IMG/VR virus record: IMGVR_UViG_3300027899_000008
Strand: one strand, 5' to 3'
Length of the DNA stretch: 64,000 bases
From: a virus
How positions within the stretch are numbered: position 1 is the first letter of the stretch; each line of letters opens with the position of its first letter. This document shows positions 45,214-55,426 of the stretch, one piece after another. The notes below the pieces were generated by a model. That model ran no database searches and was not told where the DNA came from. It saw nothing but the letters and a program-made list of their open reading frames with translations. The translations under genes were made by a program, and so were the position numbers.

Positions 45214-46683
45214 TCCCCTACGCTTGAGTTCCGCATTAATTTCCTCTAAATCTTTTTTAGATTCAATCATTTTAGTTTTGAATGTTTTACGCTCTTGATA
45301 CATCGTGTCCATGAGTTCTGGTAAGAATCCACGAATATCCTTACGATAAGTAGTTCCATTGGCAGCAACGGATAGATTCTTCTCCTTGAACTGCTGTATG
45401 AATTTAGCAGCAGGAACATCACCTTTAAGAATAGCATCTGGTGAAATAACACCACGCATGTGATTAGATGTGATTGTCTCTGTGGAAATATTATACTGCA
45501 TTATGAGATGTGGATAAAGCGAATTCAAGTCAAAGGACACAACCCATTTGTGCATTCCAACGAGAGGTTCCTTTACATACGCACCAGCATATTGCTCATC
45601 CTTGAGTCCCTTCTTCTTAGGAGGAATGACAATGTTCTTGTTGCTCAAGTAATTATAGATGATAACATCCCATGTTCGAACCTGTGAGAACACATCCTGA
45701 AAATTCACTCCTGCTGAATACGCAAGTGCTACAGAGAGTTCAATCAGTTTTAGTTTCTCTTCCAATTTCTGAACGAGTTCAACATCTCGAATATTATACT
45801 GAATGAACTTCTGAAAATCCTTCTTGTAAAACTCATTCATACTCTCGTATTCGTCATATGCCAACTTACGCTGACCTAATTCTACATACGCAATATGGTC
45901 AAGTCGATATGATTCCTGATTGACATATGTGAATGCCTTGTAGACTTCAAAGTAATCAAGCATTGCTATGCCAACAATATCATACATCAAGTCTTCTCTA
46001 CCATTACGAGTGACAAACTTCTCCTTGAGAATTCCCCATGGAGAGAGCATCTTGGCAGCCTTGTTGCCAAGAACCTTCTTGACCCGCTTGATGAGATAGG
46101 GAAAGTCAAAGAATCGAATGTTCCACCCACTCACGATGTCGGGATAATTCTTCGCAAAGTATTCAAGAAATTCCTTGAGAAGTTTATCTTCCTCCATGTA
46201 TTCAAATACCTTGATATCCTCATCAGTATTGAATGTTCCAAGACAGAAAGTCGCCTTTCCATGTTTGGTCGATGATATGGTGATTGCGATGATTTCTTCT
46301 TGAGGGTCTTCGATAGAGGGCCATCCTTTTTCCGAAGTAGTCTCAATGTCAATATACATGATATCAATCTGTGAGAAATCATATCCAATATTTGTTCCAT
46401 AATTTTTGTTTATGAACTTATATTCTGCTTGAACATCTCCATGAATCTCAAAATTGGGAACATCAGAATAACTCTTGATGAATTCCTTGTAATCTTGAAA
46501 TGTTCCAAAGAACATCTCAGACATATACTTTCCATCAATAGACTTATGTTTGGTTGGTTTATTTGATGGTAGAAATATCGATGGTTTATACTCACTCCTT
46601 CGGAATGTCTTGGTTCCATCCGAATCTCTTTCAGCAATAAGCATACATTCAAAATTATAGAAAATATTAGTGTAAAATTTCAT
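45202..46683 (-). CDS. gp43: DNA polymerase gp43, N-terminal subunit (exonuclease, motif A)
   Basis: YIDIET, SGWNIRFFD, YNIRD, SFDLNSLYP; ends in the fingers helix. Confidence 0.95.
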   Translation of the reverse strand: MKFYTNIFYNFECMLIAERDSDGTKTFRRSEYKPSIFLPSNKPTKHKSIDGKYMSEMFFGTFQDYKEFIKSYSDVPNFEIHGDVQAEYKFINKNYGTNIGYDFSQIDIMYIDIETTSEKGWPSIEDPQEEIIAITISSTKHGKATFCLGTFNTDEDIKVFEYMEEDKLLKEFLEYFAKNYPDIVSGWNIRFFDFPYLIKRVKKVLGNKAAKMLSPWGILKEKFVTRNGREDLMYDIVGIAMLDYFEVYKAFTYVNQESYRLDHIAYVELGQRKLAYDEYESMNEFYKKDFQKFIQYNIRDVELVQKLEEKLKLIELSVALAYSAGVNFQDVFSQVRTWDVIIYNYLSNKNIVIPPKKKGLKDEQYAGAYVKEPLVGMHKWVVSFDLNSLYPHLIMQYNISTETITSNHMRGVISPDAILKGDVPAAKFIQQFKEKNLSVAANGTTYRKDIRGFLPELMDTMYQERKTFKTKMIESKKDLEEINAELKRRGLTK

Positions 46684-47000
46684 TTTGATTTCAAATATGC
46701 TGCGAGAAGAACAGAATAATTAATAAGGTCTTCAAGAGTGTCGTATACGGTTTCATCCTCTACGCTTAATTCCCCTCTACTTGAGAATGATGCTAGTCTA
46801 GACATCTTATCAGTCATGCGAACAAGAAACGCTTGTTCGGTAGAACACACACCAAGTGCTTCCGCACGACGGAAATTAGCAAATGGGTCGTTTCCAACAC
46901 CAGCATAATCAGCATTCTTTTTCTTCATCATAACGAGAGCGGATTCACACATAGTTTCATGTAGTGTAAAAAGTTCTTCACGGGTCATATTATTCTCCAA
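46680..47000 (-). CDS. Nucleotide-modification-associated, MazG-like all-alpha protein (DUF1599-like)
   Basis: KKNADYA...DPFANF, RMTDKMSRL, DTLEDLINY. Confidence 0.75.
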   Translation of the reverse strand: MENNMTREELFTLHETMCESALVMMKKKNADYAGVGNDPFANFRRAEALGVCSTEQAFLVRMTDKMSRLASFSSRGELSVEDETVYDTLEDLINYSVLLAAYLKSK

Positions 47001-48354
47001 ATAGTCCTTCTAGTGTAGTCGATTTCATTGAAATGTCAAATCCATTCTTTGAAAAACACCAAACATTCTCAATGAATGTTGTAGATAAATGTTGTCTAAG
47101 AGCACCGCTGTCTATATTCTTTGGTCGTTGCTTGATACGCATACCCACTTGACCATCAAATTTTCCACCAAGGGAAACAATATGTTCCACCATCTGGTCG
47201 CAAGCTCTATATCTTTTTGTTTTAATCTGTGGGTCCATTATATTTATCATCATGATTCCATTATCGGTAAGTGATTCGTAACACGCTGTCAACACTGGTT
47301 GAAAGAATCCTGTCCACCACTTATCATATTGCTGATATCGAAACCATGATTGTTTCCAGTCATCTCCACCTTCGTCATATAATTCAGTTGCGAAATATGG
47401 AGGAGAAGTGAAGATACAATCGTATTTGCTTTTCTTGATGATATGTAGAATATCTTCAGCAGGAGCGTTGTATGCTACAACTTCCTTTCCTGATGCTCCA
47501 ATACACTGAAAGGCATCGTAGATATGTCCCTTTACATCAATCTGAAATGTTTTGATTTTTGGTTCACTACCACTTAATGCCTTTTCATATGCGATACATT
47601 GTTCCTTGTATACACGAAACACACTAGGATTTGGGTCAGTGCCAGTATATTTCATAGCAGAAGAGGTATAGAATCCCGCAAGGCGGTCACCCCAACCCAT
47701 GCTGAAATCTAATACAGATTTTAATCCCATCGAATTCGATGGGATTGAGTTTGAAGGAATTCGTGAAAATACGAAGTCGTATATTGTTTTCGCAACATGA
47801 GGTTTGAATTGTGTGGCAACATACGCACCAAGTCTAAAGGAACCACGAATCTTGTTTTGATTGATTCCACGATCCTCCATTCTCCAAAATGTCCAATTCA
47901 TCTTATGAAGAAGGTCTGGAGAATACCAATATTCATTTGGAGAAACAAATCCGTGAGAACCACAATCATATCTGTTTCGTTGCTGAAAGAAATTACTGAT
48001 GTCGTTATGATAATGTCCATAGGATATTACAAACTTACCATATGTGGAATATGGATATTTGTAGTCATTATATTTCTCAACAACCTTACCAGCATCGTTC
48101 ATTATAAACTCAGTAAAACATATCTTTCGCAAATCATTAAATTTATTTTCCATATCTTCCTGTGATATTTTCCTAAATGGAAATATCACAGCGTATCGTG
48201 AGATATATTCTGCGAGTCCGTCTTTAATTTCTTGTTTTGTAAATTTGGAATTTATCTCATCCCAATCATTTCCTCCAACAATTGGTATGCCATCGGCATC
48301 GGCAAACTTATGAAGAAAATTGACCACATCATCTAAAATATTTGGAGTTGACAT
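46990..48354 (-). CDS. DNA amino-methyltransferase-like protein (N4C/N6A)
   Basis: VLDFSMGWGDRLAG (SAM binding) and FTSPPYF (catalytic). Confidence 0.85.
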   Translation of the reverse strand: MSTPNILDDVVNFLHKFADADGIPIVGGNDWDEINSKFTKQEIKDGLAEYISRYAVIFPFRKISQEDMENKFNDLRKICFTEFIMNDAGKVVEKYNDYKYPYSTYGKFVISYGHYHNDISNFFQQRNRYDCGSHGFVSPNEYWYSPDLLHKMNWTFWRMEDRGINQNKIRGSFRLGAYVATQFKPHVAKTIYDFVFSRIPSNSIPSNSMGLKSVLDFSMGWGDRLAGFYTSSAMKYTGTDPNPSVFRVYKEQCIAYEKALSGSEPKIKTFQIDVKGHIYDAFQCIGASGKEVVAYNAPAEDILHIIKKSKYDCIFTSPPYFATELYDEGGDDWKQSWFRYQQYDKWWTGFFQPVLTACYESLTDNGIMMINIMDPQIKTKRYRACDQMVEHIVSLGGKFDGQVGMRIKQRPKNIDSGALRQHLSTTFIENVWCFSKNGFDISMKSTTLEGLFGE

Positions 48355-48869
48355 TATGTTCCTGTGGAACCAAATCCACCATTTCTATTGCTCTTTGATA
48401 TTGGTTTATCTTGTATATATTGTAATATTGCTCTATTATTGAATACCATCTCTGCTTGGGTTATTCTATCTCCATTGTATATTCTTATCTTTTTCATTGA
48501 ATTATTATAGATTGGAATAAAGACCTCTTCGATGTAATCAGCGTCTATTATACCAACAGAATTTATCAAATTCAAGCCCTGTTTTGTAGAAAGACCAGAA
48601 CGAGCATATAATCTTACAGAACAACTAATCGGAATATCAAATATTAATCCAGTTGGAATTAATACTCTCCATTCACTAGGAATTTCAATAAAATTCCTAC
48701 CATCGGAATTCTGAACAACTACCATGCCTATAGCATCATTCGATTTACTGAATCCCTTTATATTTGTTTGATATGAAAGATATGCTGATATATCAAAACA
48801 TGCCGCATGATTTGACCCATATGTTGGATTTGGAACATCTTCGTTTGTTTTATAGATGCGTAGTTCCAT
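48354..48869 (-). CDS. dut: dUTPase (trimeric)
   Basis: ARSGL, GIIDADY, GDRITQ, RNGGFGSTG. Confidence 0.95.
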   Translation of the reverse strand: MELRIYKTNEDVPNPTYGSNHAACFDISAYLSYQTNIKGFSKSNDAIGMVVVQNSDGRNFIEIPSEWRVLIPTGLIFDIPISCSVRLYARSGLSTKQGLNLINSVGIIDADYIEEVFIPIYNNSMKKIRIYNGDRITQAEMVFNNRAILQYIQDKPISKSNRNGGFGSTGT

Positions 48870-48876
48870 ATTAGTC

Positions 48877-49668
48877 TTAAAGTCTTACAATTTGTATTCT
48901 TGTTGCTTTATTGAAATTTGTTGTAAATGTTCCGAGATTGACACTTGCTGTATCTGTAATTGATGTGGCGACAGGACTTCTACATTGAATTGTGAAATAT
49001 TCATCAGCCGCTAAAGCAATGATAGCTGAACCATTTTGGGTTCCAGTTATTGCTCCAGCATCAGTATTAAGTGCTGGTTGAATTAGAAGAGAAGTGAAAC
49101 CATACACATTATTTAATGGAGCATCATTTGAGAGGAATGCTTTTTGAATCCATACACTTTTAGCAGGATTAACGTTTAAGCCTACAGGTCCACTAGGCAC
49201 AACCCAAGTAATCTGATATGTTACCAATAAATACATTATATTGCCAGAATTATTAGTAAATCTACCATTAGTAGTATAGGTTAGATGTGTGTCTGAAATT
49301 GTTTGTAATTCACTATTTGCAAATGTCAGACCGATAGGGATATTAGCAGCTACAGATAAAGTAGCATCAGAATATCTAGATATTATTCCACTAGGAGATG
49401 CTGACACCGAAAGATCATCAACATATGTCTTCAATGCTTTTTGTGTTGGTATTTTGGCATCGGATGGAGTAGTAAATGCGGAATCAATTGTTACTTCACA
49501 TCCAAATGTTATCGCTTGTCCAAATGTATTTCCGATATAAAATCCATAACTTCCTGATCCTGTTAGATTCGCACCAAGTTCGCCAGCAGTCAATCCTGAT
49601 CCAGTACTGACAGAATAATTTCCAGGTTTTGCATTTCCTTGTTTGATTCGTAATATTGGTTTTGCCAT
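48877..49668 (-). CDS. Virion fibre protein (Mtd-like N-terminus)
   Basis: PILRIK...LTAGELGAN; KIPTQKA; paralog of 49693..50547. Confidence 0.7.
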   Translation of the reverse strand: MAKPILRIKQGNAKPGNYSVSTGSGLTAGELGANLTGSGSYGFYIGNTFGQAITFGCEVTIDSAFTTPSDAKIPTQKALKTYVDDLSVSASPSGIISRYSDATLSVAANIPIGLTFANSELQTISDTHLTYTTNGRFTNNSGNIMYLLVTYQITWVVPSGPVGLNVNPAKSVWIQKAFLSNDAPLNNVYGFTSLLIQPALNTDAGAITGTQNGSAIIALAADEYFTIQCRSPVATSITDTASVNLGTFTTNFNKATRIQIVRL

Positions 49669-49692
49669 GTTATGTTGCCGATTCTGATAATT

Positions 49693-50547
49693 TTACACTT
49701 TTACAATTTGAATTCTTGTTGCTCTATTGAAATTAGGTATTAATTGTCCAATACCTGTACCAATAGTTGCTGTATTTGTAGTAGTACTAGTAGCAACTCC
49801 ATGATTCTTACATTGAATTGTGAAGTATTCATCAGCCGCTAAAGCAATGGTAGCTGAACCATTTTGTGTTCCAGTTATTGCTCCAATAGTAGTAGAAGCG
49901 ATTGGTGGACATAGAAGAGAAGTGAACCCATAGATATTATCTGCTGTAACAGAACCACTAAATGCTTTTTGAATCCATGCACTTCTTACTATTTCCCTGC
50001 TATTATAAGATCGATTGCTATTAACTCCAGTCCAAGTAATTTGATAACATATCAATAAATTTATTGTACTTGTAGTGTTATTGGTAAATCTACCATTATT
50101 AGTACCAGTACTAGTATAGGTTAGGTCGGCAACGCCAGCGTTAACGGCAAATGTTGATGCAAATTCATCAGATGCAAATAGTTGAGTTGCAATTGCATTA
50201 CTACCTACAGATAAAGTAGTATCAGAATATTTAGACATTATTCTAACGGGAGCGCCAGCGTTTCCAGCTACCGCAGCAATATATGTATTTAATGCTTTTT
50301 GTGTTGGTATTTTGGCATCGGATGGAGTAGTAAATGCGGAATCAATTGTTACTTCACATCCAAATGTTATCGCTTGTCCTAAATTATTTCCAATATAAAA
50401 TCCATAACTTCCTGCTGCTAGATTTGCACCAAGTTCACCAGCAGTTAATCCACTGGTAGCAGTAACTATTCCATTGGTTAGGGTTTGAGTATAAGGTCCA
50501 GGCTTACCACTAATTCCTGTTTTTATTTTTAGTATTGGTTTTGCCAT
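49693..50547 (-). CDS. Virion fibre protein (Mtd-like N-terminus)
   Basis: LTAGELGAN; C-terminal RIQIVKV. Confidence 0.7.
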   Translation of the reverse strand: MAKPILKIKTGISGKPGPYTQTLTNGIVTATSGLTAGELGANLAAGSYGFYIGNNLGQAITFGCEVTIDSAFTTPSDAKIPTQKALNTYIAAVAGNAGAPVRIMSKYSDTTLSVGSNAIATQLFASDEFASTFAVNAGVADLTYTSTGTNNGRFTNNTTSTINLLICYQITWTGVNSNRSYNSREIVRSAWIQKAFSGSVTADNIYGFTSLLCPPIASTTIGAITGTQNGSATIALAADEYFTIQCKNHGVATSTTTNTATIGTGIGQLIPNFNRATRIQIVKV

Positions 50548-50553
50548 GTTAAT

Positions 50554-51393
50554 TTACGTTTCTGATATTTTTACAATTTGAATGCGAATACCCTTTGCAG
50601 CTCCAATTTCTGGATCGTTCACAATATTATTCTGTCCACCTGTTCCAATATCTAACGATAAATCATTCGACCGAATTTGATATACTAACTGCAATTCCCA
50701 TTGATTTACACCACTCACATACTTCGGTAGTCTAACACAAGCATTTCCAGAAATCAAGGTAGGAAGAGATGAAAAAGATGCAGTTCCAATCACTGGAAGC
50801 ACTACCTGCATTCCATAGTATGTAACATTTGCTGTATTTATAGTATCTATGACCCTAAGTCCAGCAAGTCTCCAATATCCAATATTTCTTCCTTCTGGAT
50901 CAATTGCATTACTATCTACTGCCGAAATCTGAAGACTATAAGTTACATTTAAAATCATTTCCGTCTTTGTGGTTTGATAAAATCCAGTAGGATTACCAAG
51001 ATTTGGATCATCTATCTGAAGATTCATATTTGTGGATTTAACTATCACAGCACTACTGAGGTCAATATTCTGTAATGTTGAACTTTGATTTGCTGGATTT
51101 GCAAAAATGGTAGCAAATAAAGTGTCCTTTGGTGCTTGAGGTCCAGCTACAAGTTTTGATGTTATATATTCCTTTGCTGCTTTCTCTGTGGCAATCTTAT
51201 TATCGCTAGTATTTGTTCCACCAAGAGTTATAGCAGTATCGACTTCTGCACCAATAATAACAGCAGATCCTGATGCTATTCCAATATAGAGTCTATTTGT
51301 TGCCAAATCAACACCCAACTCACCAGCAGTGAGTTGGGTGGTTGGGGGGATAATACCTCTTTTTATCTTTACAATTGGTTTTGGTCTTGCCAT
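50554..51393 (-). CDS. Virion fibre protein (Mtd-like N-terminus)
   Basis: IKRG...LTAGELGVDL...LYIG; C-terminal RIQIVKI. Confidence 0.7.
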   Translation of the reverse strand: MARPKPIVKIKRGIIPPTTQLTAGELGVDLATNRLYIGIASGSAVIIGAEVDTAITLGGTNTSDNKIATEKAAKEYITSKLVAGPQAPKDTLFATIFANPANQSSTLQNIDLSSAVIVKSTNMNLQIDDPNLGNPTGFYQTTKTEMILNVTYSLQISAVDSNAIDPEGRNIGYWRLAGLRVIDTINTANVTYYGMQVVLPVIGTASFSSLPTLISGNACVRLPKYVSGVNQWELQLVYQIRSNDLSLDIGTGGQNNIVNDPEIGAAKGIRIQIVKISET

Positions 51394-51410
51394 AATATAG
51401 AAGTTTCAAA

Positions 51411-54400
51411 TTAATAGGTTCCGCAATCGATTATTGTGCCATCTGCAAGTGTCTTATTATATATTGTCTGTTGTGCTAACTCATTACCGCCAGCATAATT
51501 GCTATCTGCCGCTGGACTTCTACCAACATCCACAAGTTGAGTATAATTATTAGTTGCAGGGGTGCGAATACTAATATTTCTGATAGCAGAACCATCGCCT
51601 GTTCCTTGGTATCGAATTTTCAGAGCATTGGCGGCAGACTCACTAGAACCCGAATCAAACTCAATTGACCTATTGAATGTAATACCGACACCATCAACTA
51701 CACCCAATTGTACTTTTGCAGAGTTTGCAAGAGTAATATTTGCTTTATTTGCTGAACTTGTCGTCGGACCAGTGATCGCAGCAAAACCTTTAAGGTCTAT
51801 TCCAGTGGTATTGCTGCTTGGATTGTTAGTGATTGCCGCTTTTAGCGAAATTACAGCATTCGCATCGGCAGTGATACCAACATTGTTAATTTCACTGAAT
51901 CTTGCTGGACCTAATCTTCCTGAATTTATAATAGTGTGTTCGAAGATGCCTTGGCTGGTGGCAACCGTCGTTGCCTCGATAATATATTTAAATACTCCAT
52001 CATCTTGATCTATACCAATAAAATTTGTTACAGGTCGCACAGCGATTAACTGTGTGGGGACGCCACCAACACCCATTGCTCCATATGGAGTAGGATTAAA
52101 GGAGAATAGAAGAAGACCTCTATCTCCATATTTATTAATAGTAGTACTTGAATTAACCGAGTTCATCTGATCAGAATATCCAGTAGATGCAGAAATTCCA
52201 CCAATTCTGAGCAATGGACTTTCGGTAGAAAGGTCCGCTACATTGAAGAATGCTGTTCCACCATGAACATAAATGGATCCATTTACAACAAGATCGCCAG
52301 TAAGTCCAAGATTTCCACCATTGAATACACTTGTAGTATTATTTCCAGCAGCATACAAACAACCAGTGGTAGCATCGATGAGTTCACCAGTTAACCAAAT
52401 ATCTTTCTGAACAAATATAGAGTCTCTAGCAACAATATCAGCATGAAATACTGCTGTACCTTTTAAATTCTCTCTGTTCCCAAGGTCTTTCGTATAATTA
52501 TACGGCAAATGATCCAACGTACATAGAGGAAGGCTTGGAGGATACTGATTACACTGCCCACCTGGACATCCGTCTGGGTAAGCGGTAAAATCATAAACTT
52601 CATTAATATATCCAGACATAGTTTCTGGATTTGGGAATCCTAGAAGTCGTATTTCTGCATGTAGCCCTGCCATACTCGGATCAAAACCAGTTGACCTATC
52701 CAGAGTTCCTTCTCTTGCACGAAGAATCAATATTCTTCCGGGTGTCGTATTCGATCCATCAAACTGAGTATAATTATCTGGCGCAAATGAACCTTCTCTC
52801 CAACCAGAATCGATACCATGACCTGCAGCTGTAAAGGTTCCAGTGAATCCACCTTCAACTACATCGGTAATCAATTTGCTATATTCGGTAGGAGTATCTA
52901 AATAATCTATATCAGGTGAGGCTTGAGGAATTCCACTTTCTCTAATAGTGGCAATCTCAAGTATTTGGTATCCGATTCCTAAATCAACAGGATTTGTTAC
53001 AGCTGGAATTTTTACTTGACTAGCCAATCCAATATAAAGGTCACCATTCTTAGTAGATACACCGGTGTTTTGCTTAGTAATTAATCCATCTTGTCCTATA
53101 ACATTTATATTTCCAGTAACTCCAGATGCACTATTTGCTACAGGAGGTGTAGCAGTATTATATGTTCCATGGATAGATGAAACTGCACCACCACCACCAC
53201 CAGCAGTTGAATTAATGGTAAGAACATTATCCTCTCCAGTTCTTGTTAATTCTATATTGGTTCCAGCACGAATTTCCAAGTTTCCAGAATATCCAGTTGC
53301 GCCGAGTAGTGTGGAATTACTATTATATGCACTTATTCTGTTGACACCAGCATTCCATATCAACATAGTGTCATTACCACTCATAATACCCATGGAAATA
53401 CCAATACCACGACCTGGAACAACATTTAAGTTAGCAATCGCATTTGCAGCAGTAAGTATTGTTGAATTTGCTCCTTTTACTCCTCCAAGATAAATTCCAC
53501 CATTATTTGCGTATGGCGTTGATGAGACAGGAGTTACTACAAAAGACTTATATTGCATACCAATATACTCATAAGTTATAGTATTATTATTTTTAGTTTG
53601 TGCTACACTGAGTTGCGGGATGGGCGGAGATCCGTATCCAGGACCAACGGCGAGCAGTACTGCGCCAGATAATCCAGACTGACCAGTAGCAGATAAACTT
53701 GTAATACCTCTATTGATTGTTTTTAGACGATTATTATTATCATCATATACATAATCTATTCCGTAATTATTTGGTCCATAAAAATTTGTGATTCCAGGAT
53801 ATGCAGCATCTTGGACTGCTTGTGCAAAATTTAATGGCAGCCCGTTGTTAAAATCTAGAGCTTTGGTTGTATAGCTGGTAATATGACCATATACATTAAA
53901 TCCAAGATCAAGCAATTGTGGTGTATTATTAAGATATGCCACATGATTAGAAGCTGCAACACCAGAATTAGCGTGTGATAACTGAATACCTGTAGTACCC
54001 GGAGTATCAACAATACTCGTCGTAATTACACCATCAACGCTAACTGCTGACCTAAGCAATACACCAATATCTGCTGAGAATCCATCAAGACTATGTATTG
54101 GAGAGAAGGTATTAATAGTTCCAGTAAATCCACCAATGGAGGTAACACCATAATTCTGTATTAGAAGACTACCAGCTGCATTAGATGAACGCAAGGCAAT
54201 ACCAGCACCACCAATAAATGTTATTCCATCAATCGCAGATTTAGCTTTGACTGCATCACCAAATGCATTTCCAATAATATTAAATCCAGTGAATCCTTTA
54301 ATAACTCCAGTATTACTAATAGTTACATCATACTGAGTGCTACCAGCATCTTGATCTGAAGTAATACCAATACCTGGACCAGCGCGAAAGGTAGCACCCA

Positions 54401-54755
54401 AAACTTGATTCATTTTTGTCAGATTAACCCAATCGCGAACTGCTCTAGTAGTAGGAACGGTAAAATCACTATATCCTACAAAATCATTAAGACCACCACC
54501 AGAACCCATATTAGGATCATTCGATATCTGCATTCCAATTGGAATTATATTAAGAGTAGTAGCTCCAGGTACAATGCCTCCGAATGAGTTAACTCCATCA
54601 TAACCAGTATATCCACCACACGCACCAATATACAGAATATTACCTGTCTTGTTAAAGGCAAATTCTCCAGCAGTTATGCCAGCTGTGCCAGCTGGGTTAG
54701 ATGGGGTAGGTACACCCGAACCTCTTTTGATCTTAATAATTGGATTATTTGCCAT
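51411..54755 (-). CDS. Large tail fibre protein
   Basis: IKRG...TAGEFAFN; GVTSI-type repeats; GDRG; C-terminal IDCGTY. Confidence 0.75.
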   Translation of the reverse strand: MANNPIIKIKRGSGVPTPSNPAGTAGITAGEFAFNKTGNILYIGACGGYTGYDGVNSFGGIVPGATTLNIIPIGMQISNDPNMGSGGGLNDFVGYSDFTVPTTRAVRDWVNLTKMNQVLGATFRAGPGIGITSDQDAGSTQYDVTISNTGVIKGFTGFNIIGNAFGDAVKAKSAIDGITFIGGAGIALRSSNAAGSLLIQNYGVTSIGGFTGTINTFSPIHSLDGFSADIGVLLRSAVSVDGVITTSIVDTPGTTGIQLSHANSGVAASNHVAYLNNTPQLLDLGFNVYGHITSYTTKALDFNNGLPLNFAQAVQDAAYPGITNFYGPNNYGIDYVYDDNNNRLKTINRGITSLSATGQSGLSGAVLLAVGPGYGSPPIPQLSVAQTKNNNTITYEYIGMQYKSFVVTPVSSTPYANNGGIYLGGVKGANSTILTAANAIANLNVVPGRGIGISMGIMSGNDTMLIWNAGVNRISAYNSNSTLLGATGYSGNLEIRAGTNIELTRTGEDNVLTINSTAGGGGGAVSSIHGTYNTATPPVANSASGVTGNINVIGQDGLITKQNTGVSTKNGDLYIGLASQVKIPAVTNPVDLGIGYQILEIATIRESGIPQASPDIDYLDTPTEYSKLITDVVEGGFTGTFTAAGHGIDSGWREGSFAPDNYTQFDGSNTTPGRILILRAREGTLDRSTGFDPSMAGLHAEIRLLGFPNPETMSGYINEVYDFTAYPDGCPGGQCNQYPPSLPLCTLDHLPYNYTKDLGNRENLKGTAVFHADIVARDSIFVQKDIWLTGELIDATTGCLYAAGNNTTSVFNGGNLGLTGDLVVNGSIYVHGGTAFFNVADLSTESPLLRIGGISASTGYSDQMNSVNSSTTINKYGDRGLLLFSFNPTPYGAMGVGGVPTQLIAVRPVTNFIGIDQDDGVFKYIIEATTVATSQGIFEHTIINSGRLGPARFSEINNVGITADANAVISLKAAITNNPSSNTTGIDLKGFAAITGPTTSSANKANITLANSAKVQLGVVDGVGITFNRSIEFDSGSSESAANALKIRYQGTGDGSAIRNISIRTPATNNYTQLVDVGRSPAADSNYAGGNELAQQTIYNKTLADGTIIDCGTY

Positions 54756-55426
54756 TAATATGCTCCCGCATCAAGTGCGATATCTGTTATATTTTCTAAT
54801 TCTGCATTCAAGGTAGAACCCCTAAATGCTGTCTTTGTTATAATTTCCCCATCGACTAAAAGATTACCTTTTATATTTAGGTTTCCAGTTAGTTGAACAT
54901 CAGTCCCAACACCCCCCATAGTTATACCATTTCCAAACATTAAAATAGGGGTTTGAATGTAATTTTGAATAATTACGATTGGAGTTAACCCAATCTTTAC
55001 ATCTCCAGTGGATCCAGTAACTGATATTTCATTCGTAGTTCCAACCAAGGAACCAAGTCCAAGACTTTTCCAATCAGTACCATTATAATAATAAAGTTTA
55101 TCATCGGCATCGTTATATACGATTCCACCTTGATTACTTTTTGGATTACTCACATCCACATAAAGAGCAAAAGCACTAGTCGTTCTTATCACTATATCAT
55201 TGTTGGAAAGACCAATTATTGTTCCAAAGTCTCCATGTAGTGATGCTGCATTTCTTATTATATATTTGGAACCTGGAGTCAAATCGGGACTCAGTGAGTT
55301 ATTTTCCTGTATTCCCTTGATTCTATAATCAATATTTGAGGTATCCATCAGATAGAAAAACGCTGTGCTTGTGACATTTGCAGCACGATTCTTCTGTGCG
55401 ATATTGGAAATCAGTTCAATTGGCAT
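54755..55426 (-). CDS. Virion structural protein
   Basis: KLYYYNGTDW; C-terminal LDAGAY. Confidence 0.65.
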   Translation of the reverse strand: MPIELISNIAQKNRAANVTSTAFFYLMDTSNIDYRIKGIQENNSLSPDLTPGSKYIIRNAASLHGDFGTIIGLSNNDIVIRTTSAFALYVDVSNPKSNQGGIVYNDADDKLYYYNGTDWKSLGLGSLVGTTNEISVTGSTGDVKIGLTPIVIIQNYIQTPILMFGNGITMGGVGTDVQLTGNLNIKGNLLVDGEIITKTAFRGSTLNAELENITDIALDAGAY

